From Geosiphon pyriformis uo1 (taxonomy: Eukaryota > Fungi > Glomeromycota): a DNA stretch of 64,000 nt. The notes beneath the pieces were generated by a model. That model was not told where the DNA came from, made no database searches, and saw only the letters and a program-made list of their open reading frames with translations. The number at the start of each line of letters is the position of its first letter. Position 1 is the first letter of the stretch. Made by a program: the position numbers and the translations under genes. This document shows positions 1-12,871 of this stretch, in pieces. Location: the NCBI GenBank assembly GCA_016748015.1, contig JAAOMT010000503.1:583669-647668 (forward strand), read 5' to 3'.

Positions 1-2881
1 GGAGCCCAGCCTAGTTAAGTTTGGTGTGGATGGAATCATAGAAGATTGGACCAGAAAGCACAGGGTGGTGTCTGATGTTTCAGATGACTGGTTACAACAA
101 TACCAGTCTTTGGAGTATGTTTTTGATGGTGCCTTTCTGGATGTAATGTGTTTAGTTAATTTTGATGAGTTGCTTGGTGTGGTTTCTAATCTGCCTGAGG
201 ACAAAGCTGCTGGTCTTTCTGGGATTTTGAATAAGCTTTAAAAGCATTGTGACAAGTCAATCTTGGATATGCTTTTGGTGCTTTTGAATTTTTGTCTAAT
301 CTGTAAGTCAGTATTCAGTACTTAGAAGGAAGCTTGGGTCTTGATAATTTCCAAGCCATATGAATGGAAGAGAGTTCTTATAAACACCTGATCTATTGTC
401 TTGATCAAAACTGCCCACAAGATCCTTTCTAAGATTCTTTTGGATAGGATTTCATCAGTCTGTAGCACTTATGATGTTTTGCATGAGGACAATTTTTTAG
501 TTTTAAGAGGTACAACAACACAGTCTTCTATTTTTGCTATTGGTTCAGTTATTGAAAATGCTCTGGAGAAAGATCATGAACTCTGGTTGGTTTTGTAAAA
601 CATGTAAAAGGCTTATGATTCTGTTGGATGGGAGCATCTTCGAAACAGTTTGGTTAGAATAAAAATGTGTAACAGATTCATTAGATTTTTTAATGATATT
701 CATAATGATTGCATTAATAGGGTTATAACAGATTTTGGTTTGTTAGATAAGTACAAGATGCATGATGGCTTAAATTAAAGGGAGGTGTTCTTACTACTTC
801 TTTGGTGTATATTTTATGATTCTCTTCTGTGGGAAGTCAAGAAACAAGTAAGTGGGTGTGGGTATAAGTTGAATTCTTACTTCATTTTTAGATGTGATCG
901 TGCCAAATCTCAGACTAATCTCTCTTTTTTTTTTGCCACAGATGCTTTTGTTAATGATACTATATGGGTTGGCAGTAATCGAAGTGCTATGCAGCACAAT
1001 TTTAACATTGCTAGTGAATTTTTTGATATCAATAACATTGCAATTAATAATGACAAAACTGTGGCCATCCCTATGAATTGCCGAGTTATGAATTCCTCTC
1101 TGTTAATCAGTGGGTCACCAATTTCTGTTGCCAAGAAAGGGGAATCACATTACTATTTGGGTATCTTTTTGTTCACTGAGAGTCTTTCAAAGCCTAACTT
1201 GGCTAAGGCAAATTCTGATGTCCAGTTTTTTGCTAACTTTGTTCTAAAAAAGACGGTTTTTGATAAGCAGTTTATATATTTAGTTTCAGCAGTCCTCTAT
1301 CTTATTATTGGCTATAGAATACAATTTAGTTTTGTTCCTACCAGTGTATACAATAAGTAAAACATTTTGATTCATAAGAACTTAAAGTCTAAGTCTGGTT
1401 TGTCACATGACTTTCCCAATAATGCAATTTATCATCCTTCTCTGTATAATATGAAGACCTTTGAGCAAATTCAGACTGAAAGCAAAGTGGTCTCAGTTAT
1501 TTTTTTGCAAACTCTATTAGAATTTTGGGTAGGCTGTTTTCTCACCAGTCACATGATCTTCAGGTTCTTTGCTAGTGTCCACTTCACTTTTTGCAATACC
1601 CAGTTTGTGTCAAGATCAACTCTTTGGATAATTTTTTAGCAGGTATGGTGCATATTTTCTCTGGAAGTGAATTAACTTTGAGTGGCTCTCTGGCCAGTGT
1701 TTTTTGTTATTGTGACAGAACCCCTATGTTTCTTGTTCTCAGTAAATCAAATTATCTTAAGTATGTCTCTTCACTTTGGTGTTATGGAATTGCTTTTGTA
1801 GACCAACTTTGTAACTAGAGTAGAGCTATTTTCAATTAGAAGACCTTCAAACAATAAAAGCAGTTGGACTCATGTGGTCCAGTTCCTATCTGGTTTGAGC
1901 TTTCTGTTCAGTTTCTTGATAGTGCATCTTCTCGGTCTGTCTGTTCCTCACTTTTGGACAATTGTGGCTCTTTGAATATTCTTCAGTCTAGTAAGTTTAG
2001 TGTTATTAGTGATGGTTTGTTGTGTGCTGATATCAATCATTTTTCTGTCTATATGGATGGATCATTGAGTGGTTTAAGAACTTTGAATATGAAAGCTGGG
2101 GCTGCTGTTTTCTTTGAGGACATAGATATGGGTTTGAATGTGGGAGTGTCTGGTTTGATGTTTTCCACTATGATAGAATTGCAGACTATTGCTCTGGCTC
2201 TTGAGTGTGTTCCTTCTTCTCACTTAGTCGACTTGTTCTTGAACAGTCAAGCGGCTTTGAACGCATGCAAGTTGGAGTTGGAATTGGCTTACCCAGATTT
2301 CAGAAATTGGTATTGGATTGAATACCACCACATTGCCAGTGTTATTTGTCATAAGAATTTGAATATTAATTGGCATAAGATTAAAAGTCATTTGGAAGTT
2401 TCAGACAATGAGTGTGCTGATAAGTTGGCCAGAGCTGCTGCCCTTTCTAATTGGCATCTGCTCTATTTAGTTAATGAACACTTTTTTAGAGTTGGTGGTA
2501 CAGCTGTTTCTAGTAATTCTAGGTATTTTGTTTGGGATGTTTTTCAGTCTGTTCATTATGTGCATTGGGAAGTTGGTTCTGATTCCTGGGTGGTGGCAAA
2601 CCATTTGCATGCAGATATTGACTGGCTTAAATTATCTCTGGTTTGGCATCTGGATTTTTACATGGCTGCTGGTTTTACTAGTAAGTAAACTGCTAGCTTC
2701 CAGACATATTTTATGAAGGCCTTGCACTATTGGCTCTTTGTTGCTGTGCATAAACAACTTTATGATAAGCAGTACCCTAGTGTGGTGTGTTTGTTTTATG
2801 ATAATGTTAAAGTCTTGAACCATGCTTTTTCTTGTTCATTTGATGCTGCTAATTGTGCTCAGTTGGTAAACATTCATGCAT
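1..2881 (+). mobile_element. LINE A, left part: decayed ORF2 (RT, RNase H, C-terminal Cys/His motif); 5' part lies outside the window
   Basis: RT fragments (LIKTAHKILSKILLDRI; AFV[D>N]DTIWVG; YLGIFL), RNase H (YMDGSL...ELQ...WHKIKSH...NECADKLA), CLFYDNVKVLNHAFSC; collinear with LINE J ORF2. Confidence 0.92.
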
Positions 2882-3186
2882 TGTTACAGATGATTATTTG
2901 GAGTCTCAAGTCAAATAACAAATCCATAACTTGGTGCTTAGTTGATACTCGGGTGTTGATATCTGAAGGTTTTGTTGTGAAGTTCTTTGTATAATGAACA
3001 GAGATTCAATTGTTGTCTTTTCCGTAGCCTCCCAGAATTGCAATTCTGTCGAATTTTTTTCTCAGTATAGTGGCCAGTAATCTTGGCAGAGATGCCTTTC
3101 TGGTAAGCTATCCTTAAATTCTCAATTTCTATATCCTTCTTTTGGAGTCTTTTACCAGGCTATCCTTGATGTCAATAACTTAGTGC
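2882..3186 (-). repeat. Element C 3' LTR, U5-side fragment
   Basis: Begins TGTTACAGATGATTATTT, near-identical to 42985-43290; interrupted at GTGC by LTR D. Confidence 0.9.
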
Positions 3187-4017
3187 TGTTATAAATGATT
3201 ACTTAGAGTGTTAGAGTAAGTAATAAGACCTATAACTTGGTGCTCAAGGCTGTTGTCAATGATAAAATCTGAAAATGCATTTATCTGAAGGGTTTGGTTG
3301 AGTCCTTTGTATAATGAACAGAGATTCAGTAGTAATAGTTTTATCTGTAGCTTCCCAAAACTACAGTTTTATCAATTTCTTTCTCAGCTTGATGGCCGGT
3401 ATTCTTCCTGGTAAGCTATTCTCAATTGAGTGTCCTACCCTTATTTTTGGGTTTTTTACCAGTACTATATTTTGATGTTAGTACTTTCGTGTGATAATTC
3501 TCTTTAATAAAGTTAGTAATAACAGTAAAACAAAAAAAAATGAAATGGAAATAAAATAAAGAAATAAGCCAAGGTAATGAATAAGTTAGTATCCTATCAA
3601 TAGCCATGATTAAGAGCTATTGTTCCAACATGATTAAGTATCAATTACTATTAACATAAAGTGTTGATAGTGGAGAGTGAATTTATATGGTAAATGATTT
3701 ATTTATTTAATATTTGTGGATGGGAGATTTTTAACTAAAGATTCTGCTCTTTTTATTTCTAATACTACTGCTATATATACATAATTTATGTTCTACAAGA
3801 TTGCTCACATTCCCGAGCAATGTGTTATGATTTTTTGAGCAATACTCATATTGCTGAGCAATGTGCCCTAATTTTCTAATATTGCTCTATATTGCTGAGC
3901 AATGTGCCATGTTTTCTGATATTGCTCCACATTGCTGAGCAATGTGCTCACATGCTACATGCTATTCACTTATTGGTCTACTATTTCCCTATATCTGTTT
4001 TATTTTTATGAGTAACA
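3187..4017 (-). repeat. D-type LTR (3' side)
   Basis: TGTTATAAATG...GAGTAACA; direct repeat of 12872-13662. Confidence 0.9.
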
Positions 4018-4441
4018 GCACTTAACTTTTTAATCAATTAGTAAAACAAAGAAATGAAAACATAAAAAAAATAAAAGAAAATAAAAAAATAAACAAAAGC
4101 AATTGCAAGTTAGTATTCTGTTAATAGCTGTAATCAAGAGCTATTGTTCCAGCATAGTTAAGTATCAATTACTATCAACATAAAGTGTTGATAGTGGAGA
4201 GTAGATTTATATGGTAAATGATTTATTTATTTAATATTTGTAGATGGGAGATTTCTAACTAAAGATTCTGTTCTTTTTACTTCTAATGCTACTGCTATAT
4301 ATACATAATTTATGTTCTACAAGATCACTCACATTCCCAAGCAATATGCTATGATTTCTTGAGCAATGTGTTCATGTGCTACATGCTATTCACTTATTGG
4401 TATACTATTTTCTTATATCTGTTTTCTTTCTATGAATAACA
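4018..4441 (-). repeat. Extra chimeric partial LTR (C-type to ~4190, D-type beyond)
   Basis: 4018-~4190 matches 13663-13840; ~4200-4441 matches D U3 (3680-4017); ends ...AATAACA next to the PPT. Confidence 0.8.
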
Positions 4442-4455
4442 TTATCTTCTCCTTT

Positions 4456-5090
4456 TTAATATTGAGCTTCATTGAAATCTTCATTTTGAATTACTTCTAA
4501 CACTTTTTTTTCAAGTATTGTTTGTTTGACTCTGTTTCTCACGTCTTCTACTTGTGTATTGTTCATTCTTCCCATTGGTTAATGGTTATGGTTTCCATAT
4601 TAAAATGTAACAATATTTTTGGATAGTTTTGATATATGTTGTATAGTTGGTACATTGTTCTAACATGTAGTGTTAAATTTATTTTCTTTCTGATAAATTC
4701 TTCAATTTGTTGTATTATGTCTTAATTGAATATTCTCTTGGATTTGTTGATATACAACTCCTGAATATTTAACTTCCGACCTAACTGGTAGTAGCAATAT
4801 AATATTGGAAGTTGTTCTGTCCATTGCTTCCAATTTTCTTTTGTAATCTCTTCTGTTGGTGCCATAATAGGTCTTTTCCCAAAAATGTTTTTCATTTTTT
4901 CTATTAAGTTATCTGTCCAGTTTTTATTGGTCTTTGGTGGTCGCTGGTATGGTGTAGTCTTTGTTTTTCTTTGGGTGTTTTGATAGCAGATTATTTGGTT
5001 GTTAATAACAATTTCCATGTCTAACTGTTATTCACTTAAGGCCTGGAACAATTGTTAAACTATAGTGTAAATATGATCTGGTATTTCCAT
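4456..5090 (-). pseudogene. Element D ORF3 (~210 aa, unknown function) between IN and PPT
   Basis: ATG at 5090; LPILYCYYQLGRKLNIQELY; stop abuts the PPT; homologues in B, C, E, G. Confidence 0.8.
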
Positions 5091-5145
5091 TTTTCTTGGT
5101 TGCTTTTGTCGCGTGTACTATATCTTTATATACTCTTTTGGTTGT

Positions 5146-6528
5146 TCAATTTGACATGTTTGGTTCAATAATTATGATTGGTTCTAGATCTCATGGAATC
5201 TTATCTGGTTGAACTAGTATTCTTTGTACTCCTAATTGTAGAATGTTATTGCTAGATAATGATGCTATCTGGTGATATGATTTCAGTCAATTACCATATG
5301 CTACTTTGGCTAAGATTTTGTTGTCCCATCTTAATTTGTAAGCTCTATTTCCTAGAATTTCTTCTATGTGAAATGGTTCATCCTATTTGGGGTCGAATTT
5401 TCCACTCCATTGTTTTTCTGCTTTGGTATGATGTAATAGTACTTTGTCTCTAATCTTGAATTTAACTGGTTCGTCTGATAGTTGGTTATCATGTCATTCT
5501 TTTTGCTTTTCTTGTGACTTTTGGATGTTATCAGCTGCTCTTTGCCATTTGTTTTCTAGTGTTTCCATTAAGTCATATGTTTTTTTCAACAATGTTTCCT
5601 GGAAATTACCTTCAGTTATTGGTTCTGTTGGATAAGTGTTGACTTTTATCTTAACTGGTAATGTTGCTGTTCTACCATATACTAATTCAAATGGTGTTGC
5701 TTGTGTAGTGTCTTGCTTTATTGTTTGATAAGCAAATAGTACTGATGATATAAACAAATCTCATTCGTCCTGATTTTCTTGACTGATCTTGGCAATTGCT
5801 TTACACAATATTTTGTTAAACATCTCAACTAACCCATTTGTTTGTGGATGATATGGTGATGATAATAGTCTTTTGATTCCAAATCTCTGGCTTAATTCTG
5901 CTAATGTTCTGTTCACAAAGTAAGTTCCTTGATCTGATAATAATTCTTTTGGACATTCATGTCGACAAATCAAATCTTGATGAATAAATTCAGCAACAGA
6001 TTCTGCATCTGCTCTTTGAATGGCTTTTGCTTCTGGCCATTTAGTAAGATAATCCATAGCTACTGCAATATATCTGTTGCTTCTGCTGGTAATTGTTAAT
6101 GGTCTAACTAAGTCAATTCCAATGTAATTGAATGGTTGTCTCACTTTGATTGGTCTTAATGGTTTATTGAGTCTTGTTCCTCCTTTTTTCTGACAAGCAT
6201 CACAATTTTGAACATATTGGATGATGTCTGGATACATTGATGACCAATAGTATCTTTTTCTGGTTCTTTCCATGGTTGCTTCTTTATGAAAATGTTCTGC
6301 TATTGGGTCTGAGTGCATGTTGAATAATATTGTTTCTTTCTCTAATTCTGTGATTACTCTGGTTAGTTGATCTGAATTTTTTCTGTTCTTTCAGTAAAGT
6401 ATATTTTGATGATTAATAAAATATTTTAATTGTTGTTTTATGTTGTTTTGTTCTTTTTGAGATAATTTCTTCTTGAATAATTGAGTATTTATATAATGTT
6501 GAAGTTGTTGGTATTTTTGTGTATTCAT
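5146..6528 (-). pseudogene. Element D integrase ORF (HHCC, DDE, GPF; no chromodomain)
   Basis: ATG 6528; MHSDPIAEHF..CDACQ; GIDLV; LLSDQG; NGLVE; KxDEPF. Confidence 0.9.
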
Positions 6529-6558
6529 GTTTTGTTATATTTTTGGGTTGAAATGTTT

Positions 6559-9500
6559 TTAGATTTGTCTTATTCATGACAATTCATTAGTATTTCCATT
6601 GTTTTTTCTTTTTTTATAATGTACTGTATAATTAAATAGTGAAAGTTCTATTTTTCATCTGGCATGGTAATTGTCTACAAATTCTTGTTTCTGGATTGAA
6701 GTCAATCCCTTGTGATCCATATATATTTCAAACTTTTGGCTCAAGTATTCTCTCCATTTTATGACTGCTCAATAAATTGCTAAGTGTTCCAGTGCTGGTG
6801 TTCTATAGTTCTTTTCAGCTGGACTTAAGCTTCTACTGGCATATGCTACTAGATGTTCTCTTCCATCTGGTCTTTTCTGTGATAGTACTGCTCCCAATGC
6901 TTGACCTGATGCATCCATAGTGATAATAAATCGTTTGTTGTGGTCTAGATACATTAACACTAGAGCTTGAATAAGCTTTCTTCTCAATGTGTTGAATGCT
7001 TTTTGTTGAGCTTCAGTCCATTCATACTTTACATTTTTGGTTTGTAAATAGTGAAATGGCTGGGCTAGTTTAAAAAAGTCCTTGATGAAGCAGCAATAAT
7101 AGTCTGCGAATCCCAAAAATGCCCTTAGTTCTGACAAGTTTGTTGGTACTGAAAAGTTCTTTACTATCACAATCTTATCTGGATCCATTTTGATGCCATC
7201 TTTGCTTACCATATGTCCCAAAAACTTGAGCTTAGTTTTTCCAAAGAAACACTTGGTTGCATTTAGTTTTAATCCAGCTTTTCTTAGTCTTTCAAACACC
7301 TGCTGAAGGTGATGCAGATGATCATCAAATGTTTTTGAGAATACATTGGTGTCATCTAAGTATACAACTACTGATTTCCATAGTAGTCTAATATATACAA
7401 TTTTCATGAGCCGTTGGAATGTTGCTGGAGCGTTCATCAAGCCAAATGGCATGACTTCAAATTTGAAATTCCCTTTTCTTGTTGTAAATGTGGTTTTTTG
7501 TTTGTCAGCTGAATTCATGGCTATTTGCCAGTAACCACTATCTAGATCCAGTGTCGAGAATCATTTGTTTCCTTCAAAAGCATCAAATAGTTCTTGGATT
7601 TTTGGCATTGAATAACTATTACCTTTGGTCACTCCATTTAGTTTCCGATAATCCACACAGAAATGGATCTTTCTATTTTTCTTCCATACTAGTACCACTG
7701 GTGATGACTATGGGCTTATTGATGGTTAAATTAACCCATTGTCAAACATTTGATTGATCTCTTGACAAATGATCTCATGGCTGGCTGGTGGTACTTTGTA
7801 TGCTCTTTGTTTGATTGATATTGCATCTCCAGTTTTGATCTGATGCTGGATAATGTTGGTGCAGCCAAATTCATTCTTACTTGCAAAGATGTCATTGAAA
7901 TTGCTGAGTAATATTTTTAGTTGCATTTGTTGGAGTGGATCTAGATTCCCCATGTTTATCTGTTCCAACTGTTCTGGTTGGAGCAGATAACATTCACTTC
8001 GTCTGTAGATAATTTGTGATGTAATGTCCACATATTTGCAAAGCTGTGAAAAGTCTGAAATATGGTTTGGTGGTTGATCCTCAACTTAAGTGGTTAAGCA
8101 TTCAATGATAGTTCCTTTTGGTATCTCAATAACATTTCCGGTTGTGTTGTAGATGAGAATTTTTATATTTTTGGGGCTTTTGGCTAATATGTAAAGATTA
8201 GTGAGTTCAATTTTTCCTAATTCACAAATGCTAGTTTCTGCCTCAAACAATTGAGCTTAATCCTTCACTTCTTTTTTTATGGCTAACCTATACTGGTCAT
8301 ATGGTGGAATGGAAATTGATTGACAAGTTGAGATAATTTTTTCTTTGTTAATAATTTCTTCTTCTGCCATATTAATTGATATATCTATTCTACCCATTAA
8401 TTTAAATCTCTGTATCTCTCTAGCTGTAATCCCTAATTTTTTCCTGTTTCTTATTGATACTAACTGCACTATTTTCACCAGAGGTAAGAATATTGCCTGT
8501 GCTATCTTTTTGTTTGGATCTATGATATATGCTTTTTCTAAGTCATTTTGTAGCATAGCAATGATATTTCCTATGTATTTTGTGTTAATTATTTCTCCTT
8601 TGATGTTGATTCCCTTTTTTGCTAGGCTACTTCTAGATGCTAACTGAACCATTGTTGTTACTAAAATTTCCAGTGCTATTTTTAGATTGATGCAAGTGCA
8701 CGAATATGGTTCCAATTTGAGGGGATTTTTCCCTAGATATTTTAGATCAAACCCTGCATCAGTATCATGCGTGCATTCCAGCATGATACCTTCATTATTA
8801 TCACTATACCATTTGAGTTCCTGCTCCTTAGAGAGATTAGGAAGCACAATATATATTTCGGAGTTTGAATTGAAGTCTGAATCATTGATATTGTGAGTGG
8901 AGCTGGAACCAGTGTTTTTGTCATCATTGTTGTCAGAGTTTGAATTGGGATTGAAAACTGATTCCGATTCTGATGTGTAGCTGCTGATTGGTTCTTCTTT
9001 CTCTGAGATTGTGTAGATCATGCGTGGTGGCGGATTGTAAATAAGGTCACACTCATTACAATATTGAAAGTCACATGGAATCAAACAATGGTTACATAGT
9101 TGAGTGTTGATTTCTTCTAATTATTGCTTTTGTTCCTCTTTTGTTGGTGCCAAATTTTGGTAGTGCTCATGAAATTCTTCTGGGTCTGCTTCCAGATCCA
9201 GAAAAGCATCTGGATTGGGAATCAAAACAATATTAACTGGCTCTGGAGGGTTGTTCTTGATTTTCAATATTTCACTGGGCATGGCTCCTTTGATTTTGGC
9301 ATTCACCATCTGCCAGATCTTGTCTTCGTCATGTGGATACCTGTCCAAGCAATTGATTGCTCAGTGCCAGACTGCAGTAATAGGCATTTCATGACTCACC
9401 CAGTCACTGATAAGTATTGTGTATTGGCATGAAGCATTGCATATTTCCCCTCACCCAGAAATGTCATTCCACATTCCTTTGTCGAGTAATTGTTCATCAC

Positions 9501-12500
9501 AAGTGAGACATGATTCATTGTTCTACTTGCCTTGCCTTTTTGGGTAGTCATAGCATTTGCGGTAGCAAGGCTTGCAATAGTAATGTGTTCTTGTCCAATA
9601 GTCTTCATCAGAGGCAATCCAGGCTTCCATGGAGGACAATTTCTTTCCACAGTCTTTGTATTTGAGAAATATATATGGCAATTCCTTTATTGGTTCATGT
9701 GAGTATTCTCTTTCCCAACTACTAGTTAATTTTTCTGTGGTGGTGGTGTCTTTCAATATATTTTCTTCCCTTTCTTTCCCTTTCCTTTTGTCTCTTTCTT
9801 CCCAGTCTAGAATTGGTGGCATCTTGCTTTGGTTGTCATCGGTCCAAGCATTGATGATAGTTCTCCAGATATGTTTTTCTCTTTGTTTCTTCTTTTCCTT
9901 ATCATTGTTGTCCCAAGCAAGTATTGGTGGCAGTTCATTGTGGTTGACATCAGCCCATAAGACCTGATACACTTCCCATGTTGGTTTTGGCTTTTTTTCC
10001 TCGAAGTTAATGAGTGAGGTTGGCATGATACTGCTGGGTTTGAAATGGCCACACGTTGCTGGTACTCTTGTGTGTCAGCCATTCTGGCTGAGCTACAACT
10101 CCTAAGTGGTCCAATCGAGGATAGCATTTGTTTTGGTAAGCTAGTTATTACCAACTAGGGCTTGGTATTGAGTGGCTTCCATCACCAAAACTTTGATAGG
10201 GACTATGATGTCATTGACTTCAAAAGGAAAGTTGTCAATCTTACCAATAGGAGTTTTGGTTGCTCCATCAGCTGTGATGATCCTTGCGCTGGCAGCTCTA
10301 TCAACTCTGCAACCTAATTGATCCATGAGTTGTTTGGTGATGATGCTGCCAGCTGATCCACTATTCAGGATCAGTTTAATATACTGACCATTAACTTTGG
10401 TATTAGTATACATTGCAGTTATTGGTTTGGTGTCCAGAGTAGCTTCACTGAATAATGGAACTGATGTGATTTCCTCAAGTTCAAATGGAAATATGGCAGC
10501 AAGTAATTTGTTCTCGGTGCTGGCAGCTGGTGGAATGTTGTTGGTAAGTGGTTTCTGGTTTGCTGGATACAGTGTTTTCTGGGGTAACCAGAAGACTTAA
10601 GTAGTTCTGGGAACTCGGGTTTTGATTATACCTGGTTCCTGAACTCTGCTGGTATGATTCTGATAGTTGATTTGATGAACTGGAGATCGGTTGATGTACT
10701 ACCATCATCGATCTCCAGTTTTGTTGTGTCATTCTTGGTCTTTGGATTTTGTTTTGAGGTAAGTTTTGTGGTGGTATTTAAATTTGTCAGGGTTGATAAA
10801 TTGTTGGTGTCTGTGATTGATATAGTATTGGTGGCTGTGGCTAATAGATTGCTTGTGGCTGTGGTTGATAAATTGGAGCTTGATACACCAGTGGTTGATA
10901 TAGTGGTTGCTGTGTTATTAGTAGGTAAGTGGATTAATATTGCTCTTGATTGGTATAATAGTTCAGCATTTGAAATCTACGATCAGAGTTTTGATATTGA
11001 TTTTCTGATCGGGGGTTATTATACACTCGGCAGTCAGCTCTAAGGTGTTTTTGTTTACCACAGTTGTGACAGACATGCATCTCTTGTTGTCATGGCTAAT
11101 TAGAGGACATTGGAAAACATGACTGATTTTGGAAATGATTGGTGTTTTTTTAATTATTGCATTATTGTAGAAGTTAATAGATTGGGTAATTGTCAGCTAA
11201 GTATCTTTCTAATTTCTGATTAATGGAATCACTGAATTGTTTCAGTTTAGAATTCAAGTCAGATGATCCATTCATTACTAAATTTACAGCTTGGGCATGA
11301 TTGGCTTTTAACTCAGCAGCTTCAAAGTCTTTAGCATAAGTGACTGCAGTAGAAAAGTCTACTAGATACATTGAATGTACTCATTGTAGGATGCTACTGC
11401 GTAAGTTTCTGATGAACTGATTTAAGATTTGTGGTACTGTAAAGTAATTAGCTTGGATAGCTTGGATTTGGCGCAGATTTTTGTGAAAGCATCCTAAGTA
11501 AGTGATGACTGCTTCTGTGTTCTTTTGTTTTATGGTGGTAAAAGTACTTGTTAGGTGGTTGATGCTATTGTTATTACTGAAATATCTTAGGAATTCTATT
11601 TTAAATGCATTAAAATTTTGGGGTTTCTGGGCCAAGCTATAATATCATGAGTTGGCAGTATCCTTTAGGAAATATGGGATGACTTATATTGTTCTAGTGT
11701 CATCCCAATTATTTGCAGTGATGGCTTTGGCTATATTATTAATCTATGCTTGGGCATTGTTCTTTTTGTCTGTAAACTTCTCAAGTTTTGCAATTGGTGT
11801 AAAAGCCATTGGCATGATCAGTTGCTGTTGTTGTATTGGTAGTTAAAGCTATTGGGACAGTTGCTAAACTGGTTGCTGTATAAGTTGCTGTAGTAGTGGT
11901 TGTGCTATTGGATCAATTGGTGGGTGTTCAATGACGATATTTGGAGGTAAGTTCAGCTGATTAATTGCTTCGGGGTTTTGATTGTTCTGCTTTGGCTGAG
12001 CTTGAAAATTTGAAGTTTCGATTTTCAGATTTTTTTGATTTGGATTTTTCGGAGTTTGAACGTTCATGGTTTCAAATTCTGGGATTTTTGGAATTGGGTT
12101 TTGGTAAATAAATTCCTGATCCTCAAATTTTTTTTCCTCTTCTTCTTGTTCTTCTTTCAATTCAGTAACTTCCCAAGAACTTGCAGTTCCAAAATCTGGT
12201 TGAAATGGCAGTAATCAAAATCCTAATAGTGTTGGCAATTGTGATTTAAATCCTTCAAAGTACGCGCTGTATAGTCCTAATAGATCTTCTTTTCTTTGTT
12301 TACTTTGAAATGGAAATTGTCCAAATGTTGATGTTGCATTTGATGTAGATGTGTCTGCTGATGCGATATTGATGGTGCTTCCAAGAGTATAATAATATGA
12401 TAGATTTATAGGTGATTCAATTCTGTATTTCTTCCAAGTGGGTGGTTGGATCCATTGAAGTGTTACTGCCAGTGTTTGTAATTTTCCTTTGCCCTTACTG

Positions 12501-12811
12501 GTATAAGTGATTGGGTATCTTTGTTGGATGTAATGTTTAATTTCTTTGTTAATCTTAGTGATAATAGATGCAAAATTATGATTTGTTAGTAAGCTGGTGT
12601 TTTGGATTAATTTATGATAAAAAGTTTCTCTTGCTGATTCAGTGTTTACTGGTGTTCCTAACAAATATGCAATTTTCTCGTTGACATAGAAATTAAAGGC
12701 TGATTCTGCTGATATATGATTTTGGTTTAATCCCAAGTGTTAACAGTAGTGTTGAAATAAGGATTTTGCGAATCCTAAATGGTTTGCTCCTATACTTTCT
12801 GATTCTGCCAC
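6559..12811 (-). pseudogene. Element D gag-pol (gag, PR, Cys-rich domain, dUTPase ~8390-8800, RT, RNase H)
   Basis: GTG 12811; capsid-like FKIEFLRYF; LILNSGSAGSII; TDAGFDL/ASRSSLA/KIAQ; MPFGLMNAPATFQ; VYLDD; TMDASG. Confidence 0.92.
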
Positions 12812-12852
12812 TGTTGATTTATTTGTTGGTGCTGGTTTTCTGTAAGATTATA

Positions 12853-12869
12853 CCTCACAGGGAGCACCA
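12853..12869 (-). promoter_or_regulatory. Primer-binding site of D (TGGTGCTCCCTGTGAGG)
   Basis: TGG-initiated, 2 nt inside the LTR; same sequence in B (16218) and C (42966-42982, one change). Confidence 0.85.
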
Positions 12870-12871
12870 AA

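Noticed and set aside
3800-3950. Regularly spaced palindromic repeats resembling a CRISPR array
   Set aside because: The spacers are short and similar to one another, the arrays lie inside LTR U3 in every copy, and there are no cas genes in this eukaryotic context
8257-9084. Stand-alone host or bacterial dut gene
   Set aside because: It lies in frame within retroelement pol at the same position in five copies
10654-11043. Hydrophobic Val/Leu-rich ORFs antisense to gag or LINE sequence (also 40719, 63260, 46528)
   Set aside because: Shadow frames of Gln/Pro/Asn-rich or Ser-rich coding sequence; not conserved as ORFs
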